The position numbers were made by a program, and so were the translations under genes. Positions 19,553 to 29,896 of a stretch of DNA of 64,000 nucleotides are shown here, piece by piece. The stretch's first letter is position 1; each line of letters begins with the position of its first letter. Origin of the DNA: Halobacteriovoraceae bacterium (GTDB lineage Bacteria; Bdellovibrionota; Bacteriovoracia; Bacteriovoracales; Bacteriovoracaceae); NCBI GenBank assembly GCA_963719505.1, contig CAVRCF010000005.1, positions 1,056,001-1,120,000 on the forward strand, given 5' to 3'. The notes under the pieces were generated by a model. It saw nothing but the letters and a program-made list of their open reading frames with translations, had not been told where the DNA came from and did not search any database.

Positions 19553-19666
19553 ATGAAAAGAATAAAAAGATTTCTAAAGAATCTTCTCATCCACGAAGAC
19601 TACATTAAACGTCTTGAGAGAGAACAACTAGAAATAATAAAAAACTCTTACCCAAAATTCCTATAG
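19553..19666 (+). CDS. Micro-ORF, 37 aa (MKRIKRFLKN...)
   Basis: AAGGAG RBS; first clearly intact member of a chain of small ORFs. Confidence 0.5.
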   Translation: MKRIKRFLKNLLIHEDYIKRLEREQLEIIKNSYPKFL

Positions 19667-19677
19667 GAGGAAATGAC

Positions 19678-19848
19678 ATGGAAAAAAGATACTCAAAACT
19701 AAAAGAAGAAGTCATGGATCTATTTGGGACTATTAGTATCGAAGAGATCGTATGTAATAGGCCTTTATCTAAACTCATGAAAGAGATTGCTCTCTCGCTA
19801 GATAATATTTCTATCATAGAGCGATATAACACAAGGGAGAACATTTAA
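19678..19848 (+). CDS. Micro-ORF, 56 aa (MEKRYSKLKE...)
   Basis: AGGAGG RBS; TAATG overlap with next ORF. Confidence 0.55.
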   Translation: MEKRYSKLKEEVMDLFGTISIEEIVCNRPLSKLMKEIALSLDNISIIERYNTRENI

Positions 19849-19994
19849 TGAAAAACTTAAATCCTGAGAACATAAGAATTAAGATTGAACTTTTAGAGAA
19901 GCTTATATCTAAAAAAGAACTTAGACGAATTTCAATATCAAAAAGACTTATTCGAATTAGAAAGCAACTCAATTGCCTTATGGCATTCAACTAA
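19848..19994 (+). CDS. Micro-ORF, 48 aa, basic (MKNLNPENIR...)
   Basis: GGGAG RBS, translational coupling, stop just before the RBS of the 20005 gene. Confidence 0.5.
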   Translation: MKNLNPENIRIKIELLEKLISKKELRRISISKRLIRIRKQLNCLMAFN

Positions 19995-20004
19995 CGGAGA
20001 ATTT

Positions 20005-21918
20005 ATGAATTATTTATTATTGATTATATTAATATTTAGTACCGCTTGCTCATTTAAAAGTGAAAATAAAAAGAAAGAAGATTCGATAACTTCAACAAGA
20101 GAGCCTCAAACGGGAATACCTGAAGATGAATTAAAGAAGCTCGACTCTGATGGTGACAAGATAAGTGATTATGATGAAATTCAAAATGGATATGATCGTC
20201 ATATAGCAAACCTACCCAAGTTAAGAGTAAATTTCCTTCAGGACTATAACATTACTGTGAATTTTGATAATGAAACAAATTTTGTTATGGATACAAAGAT
20301 TGCCCGAGATAATCCAGACTTTAAGTATCGAGTTGGTAATTTATTTTTAAAAGAAAACTCATACGATAATGCAGCAAAGCTGGGCCGGTTCTCTGGTGTG
20401 TCATGGGGAGAAATTAAACAACAGGACTTCACATGGATAAAATATCCTGAGATCGACAAAGATTTTTATTTTAAAAAAGCACGAGAATATCGATATTGGT
20501 CAAAAAGTAATATTAAAGACTCTACGATCTCACTAGAAAACACTCTTAAGTTAATGGAATCACCACTTTTTGAAAGTATCGAAGAAGTCGAATTAAACTT
20601 TTACTATTATAGTTACTCAAAAGAATCTTATGTATTACTGCATACTGAAAAACTCGATCGTGTATTTCAGTCAGGAACAAGAGAAGATTTCCAAATCAAA
20701 ATTATGAATCCTCCAGCAGAGTTAATTGAAGATACATATTTTCGTCATGGGGAGTTTATTATTTCAGAAGTTAAGGACTTTTTTATTCCTAGTATGAAAA
20801 TGAAGTATTCTGATCTACTTGCATCTGTAAAGGCTAAAACAATTCCGATCTATAAGACGACTCCGTTTGAGTTTGATTTAAACTATGTTGCAATCAAACA
20901 GAATGGAGAAAAGTTCATTGATATCTTAACTAAACTCTACTCAGATAAATTCACAGTCTCTGAAGATAGTTTAACGCAAGTTGAGCAATTCACAACAAAC
21001 CTCCCCGACTACTCGTATCTTCATGAAGTAAACAAAGAAGATAAACTCGGTAAGTGGTTTATTATGACAAATAAAATCAAAGATCATTATTTGAAACATA
21101 ACTTCACAGCAAATGATGCAATTACTTTATCCTATTTAACTGGAACTGAGTTATCAAAAAGAGTTGATGAGAAAGTGTACTCTTTTTCAAAAGAGGTTAA
21201 AAGTAAAGATAACGGAAAACTCTATGCTCTAGGGAATATAACCAATAATAGTGAAATGGAGATTTCAATCTTTCTAAATGAACTTGAAGGTGTAGAGCTC
21301 AACGTAAAAGATGGACGTTTTGCATATCGCCCGCCTAATTGTAGGAATTGTACTGGTACTAACTGGTCTGTTTCATCTGAATTTCAAATCAACTCCTTTT
21401 CAAACTTTAATCGTCAATGGTTTGTACAAAATATTGATGAAGCAAAATCTTCTTTTGAGATACTCATTAATAACAAAGTTTTAAATCTAGAAGAGCTAAT
21501 TGCCTTAAACCATCTAACTTTAGAGTTTAAAGGAGATGAATCCTACAAGTATCTCCATATAGTTCTAAAAGATCTACACGAGCTAGAAGTTATTGAAGCA
21601 GGAAAAGAAAACGTCGCTTTTATAAGAATGCTTCCTATTAAAGTTGGTGAGATTGGAGAAGGTGTCCAGATCAATTCTATGGGAGGTCACAACATAGATA
21701 AAGTCTTTCATGCTGGATTAATTTGTCTTCAAGAGTCTGCAAAGAGAAAGGTTCCTTTAGCAGTAACAAGTTGGAAGTTTGAAGACTGGCAGAAAAAAGT
21801 TCCTTGGGGACAACCTGATCGAAGAACAGGCTACAAACCATCAAAAGGCCAATTAAAGAAATACTGGACTGGAACGATTGTAGATCTAATTTCAACGATA
21901 ACTAACAACTATAACTAG
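20005..21918 (+). CDS. Large ICE lipoprotein with Ca-binding DxDxDxxxD motif
   Basis: Lipobox (STAC), LDSDGDKISDYDE; first large gene of the transfer operon. Confidence 0.7.
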   Translation: MNYLLLIILIFSTACSFKSENKKKEDSITSTREPQTGIPEDELKKLDSDGDKISDYDEIQNGYDRHIANLPKLRVNFLQDYNITVNFDNETNFVMDTKIARDNPDFKYRVGNLFLKENSYDNAAKLGRFSGVSWGEIKQQDFTWIKYPEIDKDFYFKKAREYRYWSKSNIKDSTISLENTLKLMESPLFESIEEVELNFYYYSYSKESYVLLHTEKLDRVFQSGTREDFQIKIMNPPAELIEDTYFRHGEFIISEVKDFFIPSMKMKYSDLLASVKAKTIPIYKTTPFEFDLNYVAIKQNGEKFIDILTKLYSDKFTVSEDSLTQVEQFTTNLPDYSYLHEVNKEDKLGKWFIMTNKIKDHYLKHNFTANDAITLSYLTGTELSKRVDEKVYSFSKEVKSKDNGKLYALGNITNNSEMEISIFLNELEGVELNVKDGRFAYRPPNCRNCTGTNWSVSSEFQINSFSNFNRQWFVQNIDEAKSSFEILINNKVLNLEELIALNHLTLEFKGDESYKYLHIVLKDLHELEVIEAGKENVAFIRMLPIKVGEIGEGVQINSMGGHNIDKVFHAGLICLQESAKRKVPLAVTSWKFEDWQKKVPWGQPDRRTGYKPSKGQLKKYWTGTIVDLISTITNNYN

Positions 21919-21926
21919 GAGAAAAG

Positions 21927-22184
21927 ATGGCTTTGCTCATAAGTATATATTTATTTTTTTCACAAAATGTATTTGCTCGAAGCCTAAAGGCTACAGCAGA
22001 TAAGCTAGCGCAAGAAACTAACAGAATCGGACTTGGAGTTGCTCTATTTGGACTATGCTTGGCAGGGATATATTTCATGCTAGGAAAGCAAGATGCATCA
22101 GCAAAAATGACACAAGTTTTAATGGGGATTGGAATAGTGATTTTAGGCCCAAGTATTCTAACTTTTATCAAAGGATTAGCATAA
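21927..22184 (+). CDS. VirB2/TrbC-like pilin
   Basis: 85 aa, signal region plus two hydrophobic helices, directly upstream of VirB3/VirB4-like genes. Confidence 0.65.
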   Translation: MALLISIYLFFSQNVFARSLKATADKLAQETNRIGLGVALFGLCLAGIYFMLGKQDASAKMTQVLMGIGIVILGPSILTFIKGLA

Positions 22185-22435
22185 TGGAACGATTTCCAAA
22201 ATTCTTAAGTACAAATCCAGTGATTTATGGACTGAGTTTCTATGAGATCGGAGCATTAGTATTAGCTCTATACATTGCAATGATACTAAATCTTTCCTCT
22301 TTTCACAGTTTGATAATTTGTTTGGGATTTATCATTGTTATCAAATTCATTAAAAAGAACTTTGACCTAAAAGGCTTTTTATCTAAAAAATCTAATCAAA
22401 TGGATTTAACACAATTTAAAGGTGGTCGAAAATGA
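22184..22435 (+). CDS. VirB3-like small membrane protein
   Basis: TAATG coupling; PxxxYGL followed by two TM segments; positional. Confidence 0.55.
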   Translation: MERFPKFLSTNPVIYGLSFYEIGALVLALYIAMILNLSSFHSLIICLGFIIVIKFIKKNFDLKGFLSKKSNQMDLTQFKGGRK

Positions 22436-24306
22436 TTCCTTTATATCATGTAAATGGACACGAATTGATTTCATTAAGTGGTAAAGTTAGTTCTTTTTAT
22501 AAAATCACTCCCTCAGATATTGAGGGGGTGACTAATTCAAAAAGCGAAAAAATATTTACTGATATTGAAAAAGACATCATTAACTGTAATGGAGAGATAA
22601 AGTTCTACTGGATAGAAGGAAAAGTATATGTAAATTCATTCTCAGACTTTAAAATCAGTCAAGGTATTCAAAAACCATCAACAACACCATTAGAAGACTT
22701 TTTTGGTACGTATCCACAGGAAGTTAACTTTCACGAAAATTACTTAACTTGTGGAACTGATTTTGTAAGACTGTTTTCAGTTAAAGAGTTTCCTACCTTC
22801 ATTGAAAAGCTAGATACCCTATCATGGCCTGATTTTGTTCTTCACATTAGAAAGCAAGAATCAAATAAAGCAAAAGGAATCATTAACTTCAGAAGGAAGT
22901 TGCACTACTCAAGTCTATTTAAGGGAATGAAAGATATAGATTCTGAGAATGCTTATGAAGAAGCCGAGACTATGCTCCAAAATCTTTCTCATGGTGAGAT
23001 TGCGTTACTTGATATTGAATGTTTTATTATTTTAAAGGCGAAAGATAAAATTGAATTAGATCAAAAATCAAAAGACTTAGTTCATGAATTTAAAAGCGTA
23101 GATTCATTATTATTTCAAGAGGAAAAAGGACTTTCATTCTTTTTCCAAAGTTTAATTCCTGGAGTTGAACCTAGTTTTAAGAGGTCGCAACTATGCTCAT
23201 CAAACTATATCAGTAAAATGCTTCCATTTCATATAGATTTTATTCATGATGGTGGTTTGAAGTTAACAGCAAGAAGTCATAAAGAGCTATACTGGGATCT
23301 TTTCAATCCAACATCTATTAATTATAATGTTTTAATAACTGGTACATCAGGACAGGGTAAGTCAATGATGGCCAATAAAATACTTAAATATGAACTTGGA
23401 AAAGGAACTAAGGCAGTTGTCCTTGATCTTGGAAATAGTTTTTATAAAACAACTAAGTATTATCACGGTGAAGTCTTATCTCATAAGTTTAATCCACTTC
23501 AATTTAAAAACCCTACTTACTTAAAAGAATTTGTACTATCTGTAATTGAAGATAAAACAACAAAAATGGAAGAAGGTAGGCTATTTTCTGTAATTCAAGA
23601 TATTTTGGAATTGAAAATTATAAATTTCGATCATTTTCTAATTGAACTTGAAAAAGAATTTGAAGGAATTAGTTTTTATTTCTCAGAGATTAAAGAATAC
23701 TTCTCCGATGAAGATATTCAACTAAATGATTTAACGTATTGTGATTTCTCAGATTATCCAGAAGCTATGAAAGCTCCTTTGATCATATATCTAATTGAGT
23801 ATTTTAAAAACTTAGAAGGCAAAAAAGTCTTTGTTTTTGATGAATGTTGGCATCTTTTAAACAAGAATGCTGACTATATTGCTGAATGTTTCAGAACATT
23901 TAGAAAACATCATGCGAGTGCAATTGCCATTTCTCAAAATTTAGATGATTTTTCAATAACACAACTCGGTAGAGTCATTATTCAAAACACACATTGGAAA
24001 CTCCTTTTCAGGCAAAGCTTATCTGAATCTGAGTTTATAGATTATCAGTCAATTGAGTTGCTAGAGAGTATTTATTCAAAAAAAGGGGCATACAGTGAAT
24101 TCTTATTACTTTCAGAAGGTATTAAAAAGCCTATTCGTTACTATCCTACTCATCTGGAGTACGAGTTATTTAATACAAACAAAGATGAATCCATCAAGTT
24201 CAATACTTACTTGGTTGAAAACAACAAGTACCTCTCTTTCACAGAGTGTATAGAAAACTATTGTAAGCTCAAAAATCCTTTTTGGGAGTTTACTAATGAA
24301 GATTAA
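22432..24306 (+). CDS. virB4: VirB4-family T4SS ATPase
   Basis: Walker A GTSGQGKS, VLDLGNSF, Walker B FDECWHLL, RTFRKH, AISQN. Confidence 0.85.
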   Translation: MIPLYHVNGHELISLSGKVSSFYKITPSDIEGVTNSKSEKIFTDIEKDIINCNGEIKFYWIEGKVYVNSFSDFKISQGIQKPSTTPLEDFFGTYPQEVNFHENYLTCGTDFVRLFSVKEFPTFIEKLDTLSWPDFVLHIRKQESNKAKGIINFRRKLHYSSLFKGMKDIDSENAYEEAETMLQNLSHGEIALLDIECFIILKAKDKIELDQKSKDLVHEFKSVDSLLFQEEKGLSFFFQSLIPGVEPSFKRSQLCSSNYISKMLPFHIDFIHDGGLKLTARSHKELYWDLFNPTSINYNVLITGTSGQGKSMMANKILKYELGKGTKAVVLDLGNSFYKTTKYYHGEVLSHKFNPLQFKNPTYLKEFVLSVIEDKTTKMEEGRLFSVIQDILELKIINFDHFLIELEKEFEGISFYFSEIKEYFSDEDIQLNDLTYCDFSDYPEAMKAPLIIYLIEYFKNLEGKKVFVFDECWHLLNKNADYIAECFRTFRKHHASAIAISQNLDDFSITQLGRVIIQNTHWKLLFRQSLSESEFIDYQSIELLESIYSKKGAYSEFLLLSEGIKKPIRYYPTHLEYELFNTNKDESIKFNTYLVENNKYLSFTECIENYCKLKNPFWEFTNED

Positions 24307-24958
24307 ATTAACTGCAAGTGTTCTAGCGCTATCTTTATCAATGCCTGTTTATTCTTCTATGTTTGGAGAGGAAACTGCGGTTCTAATTGAAATTGCCTCT
24401 ACAACTGCAAGTCAGCTAAATGAGCTGGAACAACTTGTAACAAATACACAGAAATATACAAAAAAGATGCAAGAGTACAATGAACTAATGATGGATCACT
24501 ATTGGCGAGCTGAAAGAATACTTTTTGTAGCTGAATCATTGGCAGCAAAAAAAGAAGCTAAAAACCTCGGGGATCTTAATTGGGCCATAAGAGAACTAAA
24601 ATACTCAATGGCAGAACTAAAAGGTCTCATGAATGAGTATAAAGACATTAAAAACGAAGAAGATAGGACAAAGTTTCTAGTTAAAAGACAAAAGAAGATA
24701 AACGAAAAAAAAGGAAAACTTGCAGAACATCAGATCAAATCAGCAAAAGATGCAAGCACTACAGGAAGAGCGACGCAAGTAACTGCTCAAAATACAGCTT
24801 TGATTTATGAGCAGAATGTAGAGATGCATAATACTCAGTTAGAGATTTTAGAAAAAATGTCCACTAGTAATCGACTGCAAGCTGAACAACTAGAAGAAAA
24901 AAGACTGGAGCAAATACAAAAGCAAAAGTTTTACGGAATTGATAAGGATAAAAAATGA
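24296..24958 (+). CDS. VirB5/TrbJ-like secreted coiled-coil protein
   Basis: Signal peptide, helical Q/E/K-rich; lies between VirB4 and VirB6-like genes. Confidence 0.55.
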   Translation: MKIKLTASVLALSLSMPVYSSMFGEETAVLIEIASTTASQLNELEQLVTNTQKYTKKMQEYNELMMDHYWRAERILFVAESLAAKKEAKNLGDLNWAIRELKYSMAELKGLMNEYKDIKNEEDRTKFLVKRQKKINEKKGKLAEHQIKSAKDASTTGRATQVTAQNTALIYEQNVEMHNTQLEILEKMSTSNRLQAEQLEEKRLEQIQKQKFYGIDKDKK

Positions 24959-26304
24959 TTAATATTCTAAAAGATATGCTTTTAATTGAAGATCAAAGTG
25001 TATTTAGATTGTACGAAGAGCTTATTAAGATCACTAATTACTTTATAGCTCCTGTTTTTACAATTTCATTAATTCTAGAGTTTTTTGGAGAGATGAATTT
25101 TGCAGAGCCTGTTAAAAAATTATTTCTTGTTGTTATATTTATGGGTGCATTTTACAGCTTCCACACAGAAGCGACCAAAATTGCATTAGAAAGTGCGAGT
25201 ATAACTCTAAAAAAAGTAAGTCCTACGAATTTGTTTGTAAAAAAATGGACTCAGATCAAAGTTCAAACCAAAGAAAAAAAAGGATGGGATTCATTAAAGA
25301 GTATATTAATTCCGAATATCAATGATGTTATTGCGACTACATTTTTTATGCTTGCAAAAATATTCATATGGCTTTTAAAGTTAATATATTCGAGCGTATA
25401 TCATCTTACTTATGTATTTGCTGGTTTTACAGCAATACTCTACTTTCTGGGATGGACTAAAGACGCTTTAAAAGGAACTATTCAAGCAAGTATTTGGTGC
25501 ATGGCCATGCCGTTTGTTATTGTTGCGATACTTTCTTTAGTTGGTAACAGTATCCAAACAAGTGCTTTAAATGGAGAATTACTGATTGCCAAAATAGATT
25601 CCATTATATGGCTGTTTGGGGTGACTCTTCTTTTACTTATAAGTCCTCTTATTACCTATGGAATGGTTCGTGGAGATGGAATTCATTCGTTTGGTTCTAA
25701 GATGGGGTCAATGGTAGTCAGCTCAGGCCTAAAAGCAATGGCACTATATCCAATGCTAGCAACAACATTTAAAGGTGCAACTCGCAGTTTTGGTAAATCT
25801 GGAGCTAATTCATTCTTAGAGCCTCCAATTAAAGACTTACTAAAAAAAGACTTAGCTCCAGATAATAAAAGTCTAAAACTTGTTGAGAGCAAGGGGAAAA
25901 TAAAATCTCCTTTCACTCAGGGCCGACCACTCGATCAAAGGCTAAAATCAGTTGGTTTAACAAAAGATGATGCTATTAAGCTATCAAAGATAAATTCAAC
26001 CACACAGCAAACGAATCAGACTTCAAACAAGTCAAAACAATCACAAGCGTTTAAGAAAAGCCCAATGAGTAAGAATCAACCCAAGATGGGAGAATTAAAA
26101 CCTATTAAAGATTCTAGTACTCAAGCAGACCCATTCGTAAGATTACGAAAACAAAATTTTAAATTTAACGAAAAATACTGGAATGGAATTAATCCTCATA
26201 AAGCACAGGCCATTAAGAAAAAGTACGGCATTCGTGGCACAAATGTTGATCCCAATAAAGTACATAGACCTGTTAAAAACAATAATTTAAGAAAGGAGAA
26301 ATAG
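24955..26304 (+). CDS. VirB6/TrbL-like polytopic membrane protein
   Basis: Several TM segments followed by a long basic low-complexity tail; positional. Confidence 0.6.
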   Translation: MINILKDMLLIEDQSVFRLYEELIKITNYFIAPVFTISLILEFFGEMNFAEPVKKLFLVVIFMGAFYSFHTEATKIALESASITLKKVSPTNLFVKKWTQIKVQTKEKKGWDSLKSILIPNINDVIATTFFMLAKIFIWLLKLIYSSVYHLTYVFAGFTAILYFLGWTKDALKGTIQASIWCMAMPFVIVAILSLVGNSIQTSALNGELLIAKIDSIIWLFGVTLLLLISPLITYGMVRGDGIHSFGSKMGSMVVSSGLKAMALYPMLATTFKGATRSFGKSGANSFLEPPIKDLLKKDLAPDNKSLKLVESKGKIKSPFTQGRPLDQRLKSVGLTKDDAIKLSKINSTTQQTNQTSNKSKQSQAFKKSPMSKNQPKMGELKPIKDSSTQADPFVRLRKQNFKFNEKYWNGINPHKAQAIKKKYGIRGTNVDPNKVHRPVKNNNLRKEK

Positions 26305-26306
26305 AT

Positions 26307-26756
26307 ATGGATTTTGATAGCTACAAAGCATCCTACTTAAAAGAGAATAAAAAACTTAAAGTCGCATTAGCAATTACTCTTATTGTCACATCACTAACGA
26401 CATTAAGTGTTTTTCTTCAACAAAAGCATTATCTTTACAAAGGAAAAGCAATATTTGAGGAAAGACTTTTATCTGTAGAAGTTTGTCGTATTGGATTTGA
26501 AAGTTTAGCAAGTAATGAGCCAAATTCTTATGTGATAACGGACGGAATTTTAGATTTAGTTAACAAATCCCCTTTTTCACTCATTATAGATAAAATACTC
26601 AAGCTAGAATCGCTGGAAGAGAAGTCTTGTAAAATTATTCTAAAATCAGAGGGTAAGTTACTAGCATTCAAGATCAACTTAGAAGAGAGCATCTTTTATC
26701 CATTTCATTATAAAATCATTCAACTAGACGAGCTTGCAATCAAAGAGGAACTATAA
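26307..26756 (+). CDS. VirB8-like bitopic protein
   Basis: Single N-terminal TM; positional. Confidence 0.4.
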   Translation: MDFDSYKASYLKENKKLKVALAITLIVTSLTTLSVFLQQKHYLYKGKAIFEERLLSVEVCRIGFESLASNEPNSYVITDGILDLVNKSPFSLIIDKILKLESLEEKSCKIILKSEGKLLAFKINLEESIFYPFHYKIIQLDELAIKEEL

Positions 26757-27226
26757 TGATGTTCTATATTTTAATGAATCAGATTACCACATTGTTTTTA
26801 AGTCTTAATCTTCTGACTACTCTCAGTTTCGATTCTGAAATTGTGAGTTATTTATATGGTGGGGGTAAAGAAGAAGTGTTTTTTCAAGTTACAAATAATA
26901 ATAGAACTTTGGCATTAAAGCCTCTCATGGATGGAAATTACTCCAATTTACTCGTTATTACTAAAGAGAGAAAATACTATTTTGACTTAAGGCAGTCTTC
27001 AAATATTCCACATCAATTTATAGAAATAAAAGATGGAATTGGAAGCCATGCACTTACAAAAAAAATCAAAACCGATAAGTACGAAATACTTGAAGGACAA
27101 TCTTCAATTCTATTTATTAATAACTCTGAAAATGAAGTTGGGGTGAACTCTATCAAAGTAAAAAAAAGAGAGTACTTCTCAAAAGGAGTACCCATTCTAC
27201 TAAATGGAAAACGCATTCTTAACTAA
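26756..27226 (+). CDS. VirB9-like protein
   Basis: TLALKP...SNLLVITKERKYYFDL resembles the VirB9/TrbG NLxVxT..R.Y.F.L motif. Confidence 0.55.
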   Translation: MMFYILMNQITTLFLSLNLLTTLSFDSEIVSYLYGGGKEEVFFQVTNNNRTLALKPLMDGNYSNLLVITKERKYYFDLRQSSNIPHQFIEIKDGIGSHALTKKIKTDKYEILEGQSSILFINNSENEVGVNSIKVKKREYFSKGVPILLNGKRILN

Positions 27227-27246
27227 GTAACAAAAAAGGCATTTAT

Positions 27247-28005
27247 ATGAAATTTTTAACAATTATTTTAATTGTCATGGGTAGTTTTACTCAAAATACA
27301 GAGTTATGGGCAAAAGAGCCAAGGATAACCATGCTTAAAAAGAAAGAATTAAAAAAAACTGTTTCAATAAAAAGGAGAACTAAGAATGATTTACTTGAAA
27401 ACCTTATTCAGAACAACAAAAGACTCAATGAATTACTTAAATCAAGGACGACTTTACCTGTTATTTGGGAAGGACAAAAGACAATCCTCACAGGAAAAAC
27501 ATACCGTGGTACTCTTCTAAACACAATTGTATCAACCAATCAAGCAAGTCCTGTTTTAGTAAGAGCCCATCTTAATCAAGGTCTCCCCTATAACAGTAAA
27601 TTTTCTTGTCAGGCCATAACCCAAAACAAGCGAGTATTTTGTATTTGTAATAAGTTGATTACTAGCGACAAAGAAATACAGATATCAGCACAACTACTAA
27701 ATATTGATGGTTCAAGTGGCCTTCAAGGGATTTATGAAGATGGTAAAGAAGATCTAATAACTGGTGCAATTATTAGTGACTTTTCTCAAGGGATGCTATC
27801 AGCAGCACAAAACAGAGTAACAACTCCTTTTGGAACGATACAAGACGGCTCACTAAAAAATCAATTGCTACAAGGTGCAATAAATTCAGCAGGAACAACA
27901 TCTAAAATATTGCTAGAAGAAATAAAATCAACGATTCCAATCGTCACAATTGAAGCTGGCACTGAAATATTGATCTACTTCATGGAGGCTTTAAATGAAA
28001 ATTAA
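27247..28005 (+). CDS. VirB10/TrbI-like protein
   Basis: DGSSGLQG motif and terminal VTIEAGTEILIYF strand. Confidence 0.7.
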   Translation: MKFLTIILIVMGSFTQNTELWAKEPRITMLKKKELKKTVSIKRRTKNDLLENLIQNNKRLNELLKSRTTLPVIWEGQKTILTGKTYRGTLLNTIVSTNQASPVLVRAHLNQGLPYNSKFSCQAITQNKRVFCICNKLITSDKEIQISAQLLNIDGSSGLQGIYEDGKEDLITGAIISDFSQGMLSAAQNRVTTPFGTIQDGSLKNQLLQGAINSAGTTSKILLEEIKSTIPIVTIEAGTEILIYFMEALNEN

Positions 28006-28501
28006 CATTTTATTAATTCTACTTTTTTGCTCATCTTGCTCTACCTTAAAAAAATCGGTTGCCAGCGGCACTTTAATCGGTGGTTTAGTGGGAGGAACAG
28101 GAGGTGCTGTGTTTTCCCCTGATGAAGAGTCGACAAATAAGAATGCTTATCTAGGCGGTGTTATTGGTGCTCTGGCAGGAGCAGGAATAGCTTACTTAAT
28201 GCACGACTCACCTAAAAAGAAAGTAAAAGAATCAATGTTATTAGATCAACCAATGCAAAATCACAAGGAGGTTCCTTTATTTGATTTCTCCCCAGAATTA
28301 AAAAACATTAAACCAGAAGTAAACTTCAAACCAATTAAAAAGTACGAAGTACCACTAGAAAAGTTACCAAAAGAGCTTGAGGGAAAGGTAAAAAAACAAT
28401 TTATTCTCGAATATCAGTCGGAAGCTCAAACAATTGAGGTCGGCAATAGAACAATTCAAATAAGTCCTTTTAAGGCATGGGAGCATATTTATGAACAATA
28501 A
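27995..28501 (+). CDS. Glycine-zipper lipoprotein of the transfer region
   Basis: Lipobox (CSSC), GxxxGGxxG zipper helices. Confidence 0.6.
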   Translation: MKINILLILLFCSSCSTLKKSVASGTLIGGLVGGTGGAVFSPDEESTNKNAYLGGVIGALAGAGIAYLMHDSPKKKVKESMLLDQPMQNHKEVPLFDFSPELKNIKPEVNFKPIKKYEVPLEKLPKELEGKVKKQFILEYQSEAQTIEVGNRTIQISPFKAWEHIYEQ

Positions 28502-29870
28502 GAAACAATCACCTCAACTTGATATTTTTTCACCTATTTATGAAATCTTTCATGAACTATGTTTGTTGATAGCTGAACTGGGAAAAGAATTCATTAAGTG
28601 GGTCTTTAAAAAAATGTTTAGTAAAAATCTTGTTTTGGAGAAGATTGATAGAAAGGCTTTAAATGTCAAGAAGACAACGGATCTTGAAGATTCATTAGGA
28701 ATAGATACTAAAAACCGTAAAGATTTCCTTTTAGATGAAATCGACTTTAGACGTCACAGTTTTATTGTTGGTGCATCAGGTTTTGGTAAAACAAACCTTA
28801 TGAGTATTCTCCAAGAACACACATTAAGAAAGAATAAACCCATTATCTTTTTTGATCCAAAAGGAGATATGGAAGCACTTAACACATTTAAAGAAATTTG
28901 TGAGAGGTATAAAAAGCCCTGCTATATTTTCTCTGAGCACTACCATGATTCGATTTCACTCAATCCTGTTCTTGAAGGTACAGTAAACCAAGTTACAGAT
29001 CGAATAATGAGGGCATTTGAATGGTCAGAGCCTTATTACCGAGATGCCTCTAGAAGAAGCTTAACAAAATCACTAAAGATTTTAGAAGCATCTGATCAAG
29101 CCTTTACCCTACAAGCAATCTTTGAAGAACTTGAAAAGATGGAAAGTAAGGAAAATATAGGACTCATAGCAAAGATAGAAGCAATTTTAGAATCTGATTT
29201 TGGAAAGATCTTAAACTCTGACAATGAAGGCCTTACCCTTTCAAAAGTTCGTGAAGAGAGAGCATGTCTTTACATTGGTCTATCTACTCAAGGCTATGGA
29301 GAAACAGCAATGGCGGTAGGCAAACTCTTTTTAGGGGAACTTCTTTATAACTCTTATAAAACACTCAGTGATGAAAAAGATCCCAGGGCAGGACTTAAAA
29401 ATCCAATTAGTGTGTATTTTGATGAGTTTGGCTCTTTAGTAACTCCAGAATTCATAGAGCTTCAAAATAAATGTAGAGGTGCTGGTATTGAATTAACTCT
29501 TGCAGTTCAAACAGCCTCAGATATAGATCGAATTAATTCTGATCTTACAAAGCAAATAGTAGAGAATTCGGGCAACTTATTTATTCTAAAGCAAAGACTA
29601 GATGAGTCAGCTTCATTCTTTGCTAATGCCATTGGAACAATTCTTTCAAAGAAAGAAACACTTATGATGGAAGATGGCGAGCTTCAAAATAGAGGAAGCA
29701 TTAGAGAAGTTAATGAGCTTCTTGTGCATCCAGATATCATAAAAAATTTAACAATAGGACAAGCAGTTCTCTTAAGACAAGGTCCTACAAGATTAAATTT
29801 AATCAATGTACGAAACAGGAGTATGGACGACTTAAAAAAGTTAAATGAGCTTATCAATAAAAATAAATAA
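28491..29870 (+). CDS. Type IV coupling protein (VirD4/TraD-like)
   Basis: HSFIVGASGFGKT, FFDPKGD, YFDEFG, KCRGAG, AVQT motifs. Confidence 0.85.
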   Translation: MNNKKQSPQLDIFSPIYEIFHELCLLIAELGKEFIKWVFKKMFSKNLVLEKIDRKALNVKKTTDLEDSLGIDTKNRKDFLLDEIDFRRHSFIVGASGFGKTNLMSILQEHTLRKNKPIIFFDPKGDMEALNTFKEICERYKKPCYIFSEHYHDSISLNPVLEGTVNQVTDRIMRAFEWSEPYYRDASRRSLTKSLKILEASDQAFTLQAIFEELEKMESKENIGLIAKIEAILESDFGKILNSDNEGLTLSKVREERACLYIGLSTQGYGETAMAVGKLFLGELLYNSYKTLSDEKDPRAGLKNPISVYFDEFGSLVTPEFIELQNKCRGAGIELTLAVQTASDIDRINSDLTKQIVENSGNLFILKQRLDESASFFANAIGTILSKKETLMMEDGELQNRGSIREVNELLVHPDIIKNLTIGQAVLLRQGPTRLNLINVRNRSMDDLKKLNELINKNK

Positions 29871-29896
29871 TAAGCATAAAAGTTTAAGGAGAAGCA

